A stretch of 64,000 nt of DNA from a virus (taxonomy: Duplodnaviria; Caudoviricetes), in IMG/VR virus record IMGVR_UViG_3300028534_000024, positions 9,350 to 73,349 of that record. One strand, given 5' to 3'. A model generated the notes under the pieces. It was not told where the DNA came from, made no database searches, and saw nothing but the letters and a program-made list of their open reading frames with translations. Of this stretch, positions 10,601 through 20,096 are shown in pieces; positions within the stretch are counted from its first letter, which is position 1; each line of letters opens with the position of its first letter. Made by a program: the position numbers and the translations under genes.

Positions 10601-12814
10601 AAAAATGAAGAACTTATCAGAGCAAAGAAAGAACAAACCTTATTAACCGATACTCAAATTAAGAATGTTCAGCTTCAAATAACAGCTGTGGGTAAAGATA
10701 AAATTACACAAGCTAAATTAGCAGTTGAGCAGGCAAAAGAAGAGTACAATACTATACTAAAAATAAATAAAGACAAAGGTGCAAATAAAGATACACTAGC
10801 CATTAAACAAAAAGAATTAGCACTTAAGCAAGCTGAGGCTAGTCTAGCAGATGCCCTAGTTAAATCAAATAGTAAAGCTACATCTACTACAAAATCTAAT
10901 AATACATATCAAGCAGATTTAACTAAAGAATTAGAAAAACAAAAAGCACTTATTAAAGATATAAATAATATAAAAAATGGCGAACAGCAACTATCATTAA
11001 AAGAAGCATTAAATCAATGGGAAGCCAGTAAAAATATTGTAAAAGAATATGAGAAGTTTAAAGACACTAACAGATTAAAGTACGAGAAATCTGTAACGGC
11101 AGAACTAAAAGCACAAAAAAAGTATCTTGAGTTGGCTAAAAAAGAAGCAGAAAAGTATGCTAATAGTTTTGAAAGTATGTTTAATAGTTTCTTTGATGGA
11201 AATTTTGCTGACGGTATAAAAAATATATTTAAAAGTATAGGTGATGATATGATGAAACCTATGCTAAATGATATGTCAAGCTATATGAGTAAGCTTACAT
11301 CTGGAATAACTAATAGTTTTAGTGGATGGGCTTCATCATCTTTTGGTAATATTGGAGGTAGTATAGTAAGTGGGTTAGGGGGTCTAGCACTAGGGGGTCT
11401 AGGTTCGTTGTTTGGTGGTCTGATTGGTGGACTATTTAGTAGCGAAGAAACGCCTCCTGAGTTAGAGTCTATGCATCTTACATCTGAAAGTATGGCAAAA
11501 TCTTTAGACTTTATAAAAGAAGCACAACATCCACTCTTGAGTTATACTAAAAAACAAACTGAGTACTTAGAAACAATATCCAGAAGCTTTGGACGGATAG
11601 GTAATAATCTGTTAAATAGTGGGCTTGATTTGGGTGGTAACTTCTATCAGGGTAAATCAAAAGGTAACTTTTTTAGGACTAAAACTTACGAGTTATATGG
11701 TACAGATGTTAAGTTTGATGATGCTAGTTTTATGCAGTATATGACAGGTGATATCCAAGCAGCTTATGATGAAATTATAAAAAAGACTTATGATAGCTGG
11801 TTTAAACATAAAGTATCATATAGTACCCATACAACAGACATTAGTGATTTACTATCGCAAGACCTTGCACAAGCAACTAAGTCTATGTTCGATAGTCTTA
11901 ATGCAAGTGGAGATTTGCTAGGGCTTGATACCAGTGGTCTAGTAAATGAAACCATATCTCTCGGTAAAATGGACACTACAGGTAAAGATGGGACTGAGAT
12001 AGCCCAAATGATTGAAGATAGATATGCTGCCGAAATGGATAGAATAGTACAGGATATGTTCGGTAATGAATTGTACGACTTCCAAAAGGCAGGGGAAGGA
12101 CTAGCAGAGACACTAAGTAGGGTATCAACAACTTTTGAACAAGTATCTTATAGCTTAGATATGATAGGACAAAGTGCTAGTTGGCAAAATACAAACTATC
12201 TAGCAGACTATTCTGGAGGACTGACAGAGTTTAATAGCACCTTTGATGCTTACATAGATGCATTCTATAGTGATGCTGAAAAGTGGGATATGAAGCAAAA
12301 AGAACTTACAGACTCTTTTGCAGCTTTAGGTGTGGCATTACCTGAAACTAAAGATGATTATAGAAACTTAATAGAAAGCTTTAGTATTACAGATGAAGCT
12401 AGTGCGAAAACATATGCTGAACTTCTTAAGCTTGCACCTGCTTTTGATGAGTTGAATGAGAGTATGGAAGATTTAGGAGTAAGTGTAAGCGAAGCTATGA
12501 AGTCTATATATGATGCTTATATGGGAGATTTAAGCTACTTTACTACACAGCAAAAGCTAGACTTCGCTGAAAAATCATACAGCTTAGGTTTTGATAGCGA
12601 AACATCTACACAAAATTATGAAGATTATCTTAGCTTGTTGAAACAGAACTCCACTAGAGATGAGTATATAGGTGCTTTTAATGAGTATATAGCAATGCAA
12701 TCGGATGAAGTAGAAGATGCTTCAAATCGTGATTTGCTTAATGAGTTGATAGCTATAAGGGATGAGTTAGATGACCTTAAGACAGCTACACAAGATAGTA
12801 TAAGGATGAGCTGA
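7670..12814 (+). CDS. Tail tape measure protein (TP901-type core)
   Basis: 1714 aa, helical; 'YDSTMRTLSAVTG', 'QELARAG', 'ASTIGTQIR' core and Gly-rich hydrophobic stretch. Confidence 0.95.
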   Translation: MALTTNYKSVLDLDFNVHAEKSEQILDRINKSILDTEKMLDRYAKSINSTYEKQLQLINRINEGTIKEREAVLKIKAAEEKRLATEKSRIKVKEKENILQQEINSKAQMEDHWLRTRKELAKYNAELKSTDHSMGSVFSRALATVPAFYAAYSLLDMIKSGLQAVVNEAILYDSTMRTLSAVTGESLDVTAKLSKEVLELGNVYGGNLNDLAKTSQELARAGIATNELANATKVATQLALITGDSIQTATNAIVSYSQVYAKANGKMIYSTQDLGDKLAYMANASRLSVQDIGTLSNYALASSKSIGLTIDQVNGLAIAFANAGNNASTIGTQIRRFSSTLSSNSSAVKEFYKAIDVNRSELISNLGKSKNGTVEGIQESNKAFEEFVMKVKSLSENEFRNAIYGMNVLDTQFFTQLRNNSDEVVMHMKNSFSDLNGELDKTAVIADSISKRWEKMKNRALTFAESDLKEVTTVGTGLVEELQLGLGSTFELLTTDISKNARKYTADVNTIIAFTNKLRDLQEKDNKTDSDRALMDEYAAYVKKYELLKKINKLKIDDKQVSAELNNQAVINEVILERQQKIVEAVNKGFSLNSIEVEKIKRKYAGVITLLNTGYKKHQESLKQEQAKKDIVNIIADIKKNKELKADDDIIQSLNRQAYLKAVSAGLSKEEIQSLGIVVDELTKVEAKHINIKSIQKDQLRDLETYSKLVRDSSVSTDDPMFQAFETQMSDLINMQSTSLTKYKNDLVRLVNDANKLDLKIADPKGAIDLSKEVEELVKANKYTEANKKSIEATTKLYQIRTDLLTEEKRLEEEGVSKEDERYSKLLAIQEAVEGWLRGQADLNKELLITDETYTKVNKNASNVTAEVNRTAQAIINASNNTIAFSNRMNQLAVQTQMLALKWEAFKGNLKSTDLGQIKVNLDIDSTKKDIDAYRNEITKLGSRMLSGDSSPELLKQIDDYKYKIEQKQLELGNLELKNEELIRAKKEQTLLTDTQIKNVQLQITAVGKDKITQAKLAVEQAKEEYNTILKINKDKGANKDTLAIKQKELALKQAEASLADALVKSNSKATSTTKSNNTYQADLTKELEKQKALIKDINNIKNGEQQLSLKEALNQWEASKNIVKEYEKFKDTNRLKYEKSVTAELKAQKKYLELAKKEAEKYANSFESMFNSFFDGNFADGIKNIFKSIGDDMMKPMLNDMSSYMSKLTSGITNSFSGWASSSFGNIGGSIVSGLGGLALGGLGSLFGGLIGGLFSSEETPPELESMHLTSESMAKSLDFIKEAQHPLLSYTKKQTEYLETISRSFGRIGNNLLNSGLDLGGNFYQGKSKGNFFRTKTYELYGTDVKFDDASFMQYMTGDIQAAYDEIIKKTYDSWFKHKVSYSTHTTDISDLLSQDLAQATKSMFDSLNASGDLLGLDTSGLVNETISLGKMDTTGKDGTEIAQMIEDRYAAEMDRIVQDMFGNELYDFQKAGEGLAETLSRVSTTFEQVSYSLDMIGQSASWQNTNYLADYSGGLTEFNSTFDAYIDAFYSDAEKWDMKQKELTDSFAALGVALPETKDDYRNLIESFSITDEASAKTYAELLKLAPAFDELNESMEDLGVSVSEAMKSIYDAYMGDLSYFTTQQKLDFAEKSYSLGFDSETSTQNYEDYLSLLKQNSTRDEYIGAFNEYIAMQSDEVEDASNRDLLNELIAIRDELDDLKTATQDSIRMS

Positions 12815-14220
12815 TGGCATTTGTTGGTATTTTAAATAATACAGAATTTTATAGTGAACAAGGGTTCACAGACCTATCTCCTGAAATTGATTTTAGTCAA
12901 GATTATGATGATGGCACTATACTTAAAAGAGGTGAAAATCTCTTTAAAGTAAATAATAACTTATCATTTGTAAATAGTGAATTGAGTGTTACAGTAGATA
13001 GTGCAGAACAATACGAATATGCAAAAGATAACTTATATCAAATAGAGAACGATACATACTTAGCTATGTATCAGTATCCTGAATATCACGATAACCCAGT
13101 ACAACAATGTGATGAAAGTTTATATCATGGTAAATTTTGTGATTTGTACGGTGATTTAACAAAATATGAAGTTGATGGAGAACATCATATCTTTACATTT
13201 AAGATAGACTGTTGTGATGACAATGGATATTGGCAATATACAGTAGTATCACAAAAGGTAAATGCATATACATTTAATGTTGTACTATTACAAAGACAAA
13301 AATACAACTGTGACGATAGCGAAGATGGATACCTTTGGACACTAGCAAATAGCGGTAAAATCTATATATTAGATACAAACAATCCTACACTAGACTATAG
13401 TAAAGTAGATGCAGATGATTGGATTATAAACTATAGAGTAAGTAGTGTAGCTAGACTTTATAGAATAACAAGAAATTTATTAGGAACAGAGTCTTACCCA
13501 TTTAAAAAACTTCCTGCTTTTATCTATACTGGGAAAAGAAATGAGTTAAAACCTTTCGATGGGTACTACTCTGTAGCAAAAAGTACAGATGAGAGTATAA
13601 ATAAAATATATGAAGTAAAAGCATTGAGTGATGCTAACTCTTTAATATTAGGTGGGATTATCGCTAAAAGTGTAAATATAAAACTACTTAGAGATGGTAT
13701 GGTAGTACAGGAAAGTAGTTTTTATCCAGATACTTTAATGGATGGATATGGATTACTTGGTAGTTCAAATGTTACAACTATCACAAAGCTAGATATAAAG
13801 CAAGATGATTTGATATATATAGAGTTTGGGGATGGTGATGTAGAAGTAGGAAGCATAGAAACTTCTACTGTAGTAGATGATGGACTTACTAAATATAGTT
13901 TTAGTTTTAACTTTGTTAATTACAACAATAAAACAGAAGAGTTTGGGGAAGTTGAGTTAGGTACTAAACCACTAGTTGGTAGGGTAAGCATAACTAATGT
14001 AGTTGATTTTAGTTCTGGTCGACAAGTATATAATAGATATAAAAAACTACAACTACACAACATAATATATGATCCGTTTGATAGTTATATAAATCCTACA
14101 ATGTCTAGCTGGGTACTTAGAGGATTTATAGAAGATGTAAAAGTGAACACTAAACAAGTAAATGAAGATAGCTATCCTGAGTTATTCAGCGTAGCAGTTA
14201 ATATAAGAGAGATATTATGA
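12814..14220 (+). CDS. Tail-tip (distal tail-like) protein
   Basis: Coupled to TMP stop; beta-rich; position. Confidence 0.55.
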   Translation: MAFVGILNNTEFYSEQGFTDLSPEIDFSQDYDDGTILKRGENLFKVNNNLSFVNSELSVTVDSAEQYEYAKDNLYQIENDTYLAMYQYPEYHDNPVQQCDESLYHGKFCDLYGDLTKYEVDGEHHIFTFKIDCCDDNGYWQYTVVSQKVNAYTFNVVLLQRQKYNCDDSEDGYLWTLANSGKIYILDTNNPTLDYSKVDADDWIINYRVSSVARLYRITRNLLGTESYPFKKLPAFIYTGKRNELKPFDGYYSVAKSTDESINKIYEVKALSDANSLILGGIIAKSVNIKLLRDGMVVQESSFYPDTLMDGYGLLGSSNVTTITKLDIKQDDLIYIEFGDGDVEVGSIETSTVVDDGLTKYSFSFNFVNYNNKTEEFGEVELGTKPLVGRVSITNVVDFSSGRQVYNRYKKLQLHNIIYDPFDSYINPTMSSWVLRGFIEDVKVNTKQVNEDSYPELFSVAVNIREIL

Positions 14221-15206
14221 TTTGTTATGATAGTTTACCAAAAATAAATAATGTTTTTAGGAATACCATTTGCCCTATTAAGCTAAATATGTGTGTTAAG
14301 CTAGATGACTATAGCGTTACTACAGATGCTATAGTAGGCTATGGTAGGTATATGACGCCTGATAGGTACAAAGTAACACTAACATTACTAGCTAGAAACG
14401 AGACTGATATATCTCGTATCCCACAAATAATAAAAGATGGTATGTTCTATATAGATTTACCAATTACAGATGAGATTATAACTTATAGATGTGTGATAGA
14501 TGGCGATGTAAAAGAAAAGTATCTAAATGAGCTTAATAGAGATTATACATTAAGTGCTACAGTACAAGATGCTAGAGATACATTTGGTTATCGCTTTCCA
14601 CAAGATAACACTTATGTCAATAAATTTGGTACTACTTGTAGGTTTATAAAATGGAGAGAGCCTAGAGACCACGATACTATGAATGTGTTTAGTCCATATC
14701 CGTTTGCAGGTCTAACACAAAAAATCTTCCAAATAATAGATGGACATCTTATTATTGGTGGAGTTGATTACGGTCCTGTAACTCCCACAGATAAATTATG
14801 TTGTGTTAGTGGCAATAATGCTAGTCATGTAGATAATGCAGAGTTGTATCACGGAGTTCCAGAAGAAGGTTCAGTGGTATGTGTATTTGCTAGAGATTTA
14901 GATGAAAGCTACTATCCACCCGTGCAACACGATGATTGTGAAGCCGATAACAATATAGCAGTAATGCAGATACTTACTTGGAAGAGTATAGGGGATGGTA
15001 AAGTAGTTATGTATAACTATATAAATGGCTACTTATATGATGTACAAGAAGACTATGCAGATGTTTTTAACATCTATATAAGGGATGAAGATATGTGTTA
15101 CATTTCTATAGTAGATGGCTATCTAAAAGATTGGCAAGTATCACTTTATAACTACAATTTAAGATGTGGTGATTGTGATGATGTATATAGAAGAAATAAC
15201 CTATAA
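14217..15206 (+). CDS. Tail-tip/baseplate protein (putative)
   Basis: ATGA overlap with upstream gene; position; Cys-rich C-terminal half. Confidence 0.45.
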   Translation: MICYDSLPKINNVFRNTICPIKLNMCVKLDDYSVTTDAIVGYGRYMTPDRYKVTLTLLARNETDISRIPQIIKDGMFYIDLPITDEIITYRCVIDGDVKEKYLNELNRDYTLSATVQDARDTFGYRFPQDNTYVNKFGTTCRFIKWREPRDHDTMNVFSPYPFAGLTQKIFQIIDGHLIIGGVDYGPVTPTDKLCCVSGNNASHVDNAELYHGVPEEGSVVCVFARDLDESYYPPVQHDDCEADNNIAVMQILTWKSIGDGKVVMYNYINGYLYDVQEDYADVFNIYIRDEDMCYISIVDGYLKDWQVSLYNYNLRCGDCDDVYRRNNL

Positions 15207-15215
15207 GGAGGATAC

Positions 15216-15878
15216 ATGATAGAACGATATGATGGCAAAATGAAAGCATTTGCAAGTGAGTATACTTGTAACTATAAAACGATTTTCAATATGGGTGTAG
15301 ATAGTAGTACACTAGAAAGCAATATGACAGATGATTGGTTTAGAGGTTTTGAGAGTGTAGATAAACCTACTATACAAGATTGGAATGCATTTGGATACAC
15401 GATAACTACCCAGATAAATTATCTGTATCAACAAGGTATATCAGAATGGAATAGTGAACAGGACTACTATATAGATAGTCTTTGTGTTTACAATGGTACA
15501 ATTTATTTATCTACAACAGGAAGCCTGTCAAGTCCAAATGTAGGCAATACTCCAGATGGTGATGACATATGGTTAGCTTTATCCAGTAGTACAAGAGAGC
15601 CTATAAAAAATCTAATAAAAGATGATAGTTGTCATATTGGTGCTGGTACATTTGTTTGGGCAGATACAAGCAATGGCTCTTGGACACTACAACTAGATGA
15701 TGCTAACAATTTTGAAGTGGTTAAGATTGTCGATTTTACAGGTTCTTTTGATACAAATAATTTGATTGTTGATGGTGGTGTAAACACCATAATGGGAAGT
15801 GATGATAGTTTTGTTATAGATGTAGAAAATGCAAGTGTAGAGTTGAGACTAATAAATGGTGATTGGAGAGTTGTATGA
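15216..15878 (+). CDS. Tail fibre N-terminal module protein
   Basis: 'RYDGKMKAFAS...QDWNAFGY...YLYQQGISEWNSEQDY...YNGTIY' resembles phage tail-fibre attachment domains. Confidence 0.65.
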   Translation: MIERYDGKMKAFASEYTCNYKTIFNMGVDSSTLESNMTDDWFRGFESVDKPTIQDWNAFGYTITTQINYLYQQGISEWNSEQDYYIDSLCVYNGTIYLSTTGSLSSPNVGNTPDGDDIWLALSSSTREPIKNLIKDDSCHIGAGTFVWADTSNGSWTLQLDDANNFEVVKIVDFTGSFDTNNLIVDGGVNTIMGSDDSFVIDVENASVELRLINGDWRVV

Positions 15879-16402
15879 ACTATAGTTATATGATAAAAAG
15901 ACAGATCGATGTAGCTAATGTAGATGCTGATACATTAGATGGTAAAAATTCTACAGATTTTGCAAATAAAAATGGTGATACTACACAAAGTTTTTATATA
16001 GCAGATGGTGGAGAAGATGCACAAGCAGTATCTTTATCACAACTTAATAATGTAGAGGAAAAGATAACATTAAAAGTAGTAGATGATGTCATAAAAAACA
16101 TAGATGATACATCTATAAAAACTACCATAAATGAACTGATACTGTTTGATGGTGCTGATGGTGGTACTGTTATAACTAGTTTAGGACTTACATTTACTAG
16201 AGAGGATGTTGGAAAATATACTATAACATTTGATACAGAAAAACCTGATACAAATTATATAGTAAATGCAACTGATACACTAGTAGCAAAAGTAAAATTA
16301 GATATAGCAAATAAAACAACAGCATCTTTTAAAATAGAAACATTTGATAACGATAATGCGAATGTAGATATAGATGTATGTAGCTTAGTTGTGATAGGGT
16401 AA
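15875..16402 (+). CDS. Tail fibre-associated protein
   Basis: Likely ATG at 15875 (ATGA overlap, GGAG RBS); 'DADTLDG', 'AVSLSQL', 'GKYTITF...NYIV' fibre-like motifs. Confidence 0.55.
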   Translation: MNYSYMIKRQIDVANVDADTLDGKNSTDFANKNGDTTQSFYIADGGEDAQAVSLSQLNNVEEKITLKVVDDVIKNIDDTSIKTTINELILFDGADGGTVITSLGLTFTREDVGKYTITFDTEKPDTNYIVNATDTLVAKVKLDIANKTTASFKIETFDNDNANVDIDVCSLVVIG

Positions 16403-16406
16403 TAAA

Positions 16407-17414
16407 ATGCTAGAAATAAGCAAGAGTAATTTTAGCGTTAAGTATGTTATAGACGCTGGGGCTATTATATATGATATGATGGTAAGAAGTCCAGAAAATG
16501 GACGCATAATAATAGTAGATGAAGATGGTACTAGAGATGTGTTTTTTGATGGTGAGTATGTTTTTGAAACGAAAGGAGAAGTTAGACTTTATGGTGAAAA
16601 TATAGACTATTTTAAAACTAGAAATAGTGGCGATATTACATCTCCATACGACCTGTCTATACGAGAAGTATATATGTATAAGGCTGTAGATATTGTTAAT
16701 ATGAAATTAACATTCGTAAATCTAGCAGAACTAACAAAGTTGTATATAGATCCAGACTCTTTACAGAAATGTACACAGATGACTAGAATGTGTAAGGGAT
16801 GTCGGAAACTAAAAGAAACACCATACTTACCTAAAACATATGCACTAACAGATATACAAGAAATATATCGTAGTGCTATGTACTATCAAAACACAAATGA
16901 TGATGATTTTTATATGCTTCCTGTGTATAAATTTAATTATATGTACACAGAAAATGTAACAAATTTTGTAGGAGCTTTTGATTCTACTAAACTCAAAAGT
17001 ATCCCAGCTATAAGTTATAAAAATGCTATTGACTTGAATAGTGCATTTGCTTATATGTATTGGCTTAAAACAGTTAATCTACATCTACCTAAAGCTACAA
17101 GCATGAAGCTATTGGTTAATAATTGTAGGGAACTATTAAATATAAAAGTTGTAGGCGAAAACATAACAAATGCTTATTCACCTTTTTATAGCTGCGATAA
17201 CTTATCTAAAATAACTCTTATGTTAGACACACCTTTATTAAATGCAGTAGCTATGTTTCAATATTTAAATGATTTTTGTGTAGAGGGTGATTTTGCAACA
17301 GATGAAAATTGTGATACATCATCTATGTTTTATAGGGTATCTGGGACGAACCTAACACAAGATGAAATGGATAGTCTTAAAGCTGGTGGATATAGACTTA
17401 TAAAAAGTTGTTAA
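16407..17414 (+). CDS. Leucine-rich/BspA- or DUF285-like repeat protein, candidate receptor-binding protein
   Basis: Repeated (M/A)FxxCxxL-like units: 'MCKGCRKL','AFDSTKL','AFAYMYWL','LVNNCREL','PFYSCDNL','MFQYL'. Confidence 0.55.
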   Translation: MLEISKSNFSVKYVIDAGAIIYDMMVRSPENGRIIIVDEDGTRDVFFDGEYVFETKGEVRLYGENIDYFKTRNSGDITSPYDLSIREVYMYKAVDIVNMKLTFVNLAELTKLYIDPDSLQKCTQMTRMCKGCRKLKETPYLPKTYALTDIQEIYRSAMYYQNTNDDDFYMLPVYKFNYMYTENVTNFVGAFDSTKLKSIPAISYKNAIDLNSAFAYMYWLKTVNLHLPKATSMKLLVNNCRELLNIKVVGENITNAYSPFYSCDNLSKITLMLDTPLLNAVAMFQYLNDFCVEGDFATDENCDTSSMFYRVSGTNLTQDEMDSLKAGGYRLIKSC

Positions 17415-17433
17415 TAAATAAAAGGAGAAAAAG

Positions 17434-18651
17434 ATGATAAATGAATTTATAGACGAACTAAGAAATGGTAGTTTGGTAGTTGTAAACCCAGCTACTGTTG
17501 GTAGTAGATGTGAAATAGCTAGTGCTATGACCCCTATGTGTTTGGACGAACTAAAAGAAAGTGTTATTGAGTATAAAGAGCTAGAGCCTATTGATGGGAC
17601 ATATATAGTCGATAATGGGTACAAGCTTGGTAGGTACACAGACCCTAGTATTTGTACTCGACCTTATATGTTAGATAAAGATGGCGAGTATATTGTTAGC
17701 GTAGACCACGATAAACACTCTATATTTTACTTCGATAAAAACTTTAACATACATTCTAAGTACTATACAGGTGAGAACAGTGACAATAGATATCCTAGAA
17801 GCGTAGCCATAACAGATACAAAATTGTATATAGGAACAGACTACAATAGACTACTTTGTATAGATAAAGCGACAAGAGAAGTTGATTGGGAGTTTGGAGT
17901 TTATGGAAGTAGAGGGAAGTGTGTAGATGGTAAAATTGGTGAATGTATGCAAGTGCAAGTACTCTCAAATGGTAACATCTTAGTAGGAACATATGATGGT
18001 GCTGGGGATGCTGGGTTGTATTACGGAACTTTAGAAGAATTTGATGCAGACGGCAACTGGATAAAAACACATCTGGAGTATGAAGGTACAGGGTTAGGTG
18101 TAGATATGCAAACAAAATATATACAATCTATAAGAGTGTATGATGATGTTGTATATGTAGGTAAGTTGGATGAAATAGATATATTTAAGTATGAAAATGG
18201 AGAACTAACATATATACAAACTATACGAAAACCAAGCAACTCAGGGGTAGATGAGCTAAATTTACGAGATTTTGTTATAGATGGAGATATACTATATCTA
18301 ACAGCACCCAATCTCAAAAAAGTTATAGGGTTTAATCTAATAGACCAATCGGTAGATTTTAGTGTAGGTAAGTATAGTTACGAAAGTGTTGGTGGTATCC
18401 CACATGCTGGGAACGGTTTTAACTATCCGATGGGTATTGTAGTTGTCGATGGACATATTTATGTAGCAGATAGTAGCAATTATAATATAGTAGAAGTTTT
18501 CAAAGATGACTATATATATCCAAAATTTGAAGTACCTGTAAACATAGAATTGCTATACAGTTCAAATAAAATTGAGGATGACAGTACGGTAGCGACTCCA
18601 GTAGGTGAAGAACCTGCTAATTTACATATAGTGTATAAAGAACAAGTATGA
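17434..18651 (+). CDS. NHL-repeat / beta-propeller protein
   Basis: 'FNYPMGIVVVDGHIYVADSSNYNI' and 'YPRSVAITDTKLYIG' NHL-type blades. Confidence 0.75.
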   Translation: MINEFIDELRNGSLVVVNPATVGSRCEIASAMTPMCLDELKESVIEYKELEPIDGTYIVDNGYKLGRYTDPSICTRPYMLDKDGEYIVSVDHDKHSIFYFDKNFNIHSKYYTGENSDNRYPRSVAITDTKLYIGTDYNRLLCIDKATREVDWEFGVYGSRGKCVDGKIGECMQVQVLSNGNILVGTYDGAGDAGLYYGTLEEFDADGNWIKTHLEYEGTGLGVDMQTKYIQSIRVYDDVVYVGKLDEIDIFKYENGELTYIQTIRKPSNSGVDELNLRDFVIDGDILYLTAPNLKKVIGFNLIDQSVDFSVGKYSYESVGGIPHAGNGFNYPMGIVVVDGHIYVADSSNYNIVEVFKDDYIYPKFEVPVNIELLYSSNKIEDDSTVATPVGEEPANLHIVYKEQV

Positions 18652-18974
18652 GAGAGCTTGTTCTTTTTGTAGTAGCATATTTATTGGTAATGCTACTTAC
18701 CCCTTTTGTGTTTATATATAAAGTTATAAAAGAAACTAATAAGAAAAATTATATAGAAACTTGTGCAATAGGATTTGACCAAGCTGGTGGTAGCGTAATG
18801 TATAGTAAAGAAAATTTTACAATATCATCATACACATATTATTTATGTAGGTATTGTAATAAAAAATGCTGGTTTATGAAGTTTATAGACTTTATTTTTG
18901 GAGATAAGCATTGTAAAAATAGTTACTTTTGGGAAGTAACTAAAGATAAGAAGGACTTAGAAGAGATATGTTAA
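18648..18974 (+). CDS. Lysis-cassette-associated membrane protein
   Basis: N-terminal TM helix; 'FDQAGG...FTISS' motif; position. Confidence 0.5.
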   Translation: MRELVLFVVAYLLVMLLTPFVFIYKVIKETNKKNYIETCAIGFDQAGGSVMYSKENFTISSYTYYLCRYCNKKCWFMKFIDFIFGDKHCKNSYFWEVTKDKKDLEEIC

Positions 18975-19384
18975 ATGATATAAATAACACAGTTACTACT
19001 AGCGTAAAAGCAGGAGCAAGTGCTAGTAGTTTTCTAGCTACAAACTTGGTTATATTTACAGATAACACATATATGTATCTAGCAATCACAGGTGCAGTTG
19101 TTAGTAGCTTGGGAGTTTTACACGAACTCTTTGGCAAAACAGGGGTGGATTATTCTGCTAAAAAGATTATAGCAGAGGTTATCAAAGGCTTTATTCTTGG
19201 TGTTCTCGCTATACCATTTTGGTTTCTTGTAATTACAGAGGGAGTTTTAGGGAATATAGTAGGCTTTAATATAGGGGATGTATCATCTTCCTTGGCGCTC
19301 ATTATCTCATTCGCTCTTAGCTGGTACACAGTTCCGATCTTTGATTGGATGGTAAGCAAAGTGAAAATAAAGGCTAACAAATGA
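18968..19384 (+). CDS. Holin (putative)
   Basis: About three hydrophobic helices, basic C-terminus, upstream of spanins and endolysin. Confidence 0.6.
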   Translation: MLNDINNTVTTSVKAGASASSFLATNLVIFTDNTYMYLAITGAVVSSLGVLHELFGKTGVDYSAKKIIAEVIKGFILGVLAIPFWFLVITEGVLGNIVGFNIGDVSSSLALIISFALSWYTVPIFDWMVSKVKIKANK

Positions 19385-19620
19385 GTGGGATTATATTACT
19401 TAATATGATAAGCTTAGGGCTTTTATTTGTACTTATAGTTACAGGTTCTTGGAGAAAGAGTTACACTACAATCGCATATGTAGTGTCTCTTGTTGTCGGA
19501 ATAGAGATAATGAAGTTTATAAATATAGATCTAGGTATCTTAGTGATAGTAGCTGGTGCAGTATTTAGCGTAGCAAGAGCTATTTTACAGAACCAAAATG
19601 ATAGATTTTTAAAGGTTTAA
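19381..19620 (+). CDS. Small membrane protein (holin/antiholin candidate)
   Basis: Three hydrophobic segments in 79 aa. Confidence 0.45.
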   Translation: MSGIILLNMISLGLLFVLIVTGSWRKSYTTIAYVVSLVVGIEIMKFINIDLGILVIVAGAVFSVARAILQNQNDRFLKV

Positions 19621-19621
19621 G

Positions 19622-19864
19622 ATGGGTAATATAAAAGCATTTATAAGTGCTATAATTTTGATAGGATATGTTGTTGGTTTTGTATATGTTAAATATTTAA
19701 AAAATGAAATAGAACATTTACAAAATGATATAAAAGTAGAAAAAGCACAAGCTACTTATAATTGTGTAAAAAAGTACACAGATAAGGAAATAGAAGATGT
19801 TAAAAATATTAAAGTTGTTATTGATGACGATAATAGCACTATTGATTTTGACGAGTTGTGGTAA
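19622..19864 (+). CDS. Inner-membrane spanin (Rz-like)
   Basis: N-terminal TM then coiled coil; overlaps a downstream lipoprotein gene. Confidence 0.65.
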   Translation: MGNIKAFISAIILIGYVVGFVYVKYLKNEIEHLQNDIKVEKAQATYNCVKKYTDKEIEDVKNIKVVIDDDNSTIDFDELW

Positions 19865-20096
19865 GCCTGTTCCTAATGTAGAACCAGCAAAATACAAAGT
19901 ACACACACTTAAAAAATGTGGTAAGTTAAAGTATGAAAAGCAAGGCGATAAACTTATACTTGATTATAAAGTAGCTAAGTGTTTAAAAAATAATCTAATA
20001 GTTTGTTGCAAAGATAAGAAAGCATTAGAGATTTGTAATAATGCGAATATAGAATATATAAAGTTATTGAAGGATTACATAAATGATAGAAATTAG
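19797..20096 (+). CDS. Outer-membrane spanin lipoprotein (Rz1-like)
   Basis: Lipobox LILTS-C followed by Pro-rich GKPVPNVEP; probable start ATG at 19824. Confidence 0.65.
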   Translation: MLKILKLLLMTIIALLILTSCGKPVPNVEPAKYKVHTLKKCGKLKYEKQGDKLILDYKVAKCLKNNLIVCCKDKKALEICNNANIEYIKLLKDYINDRN

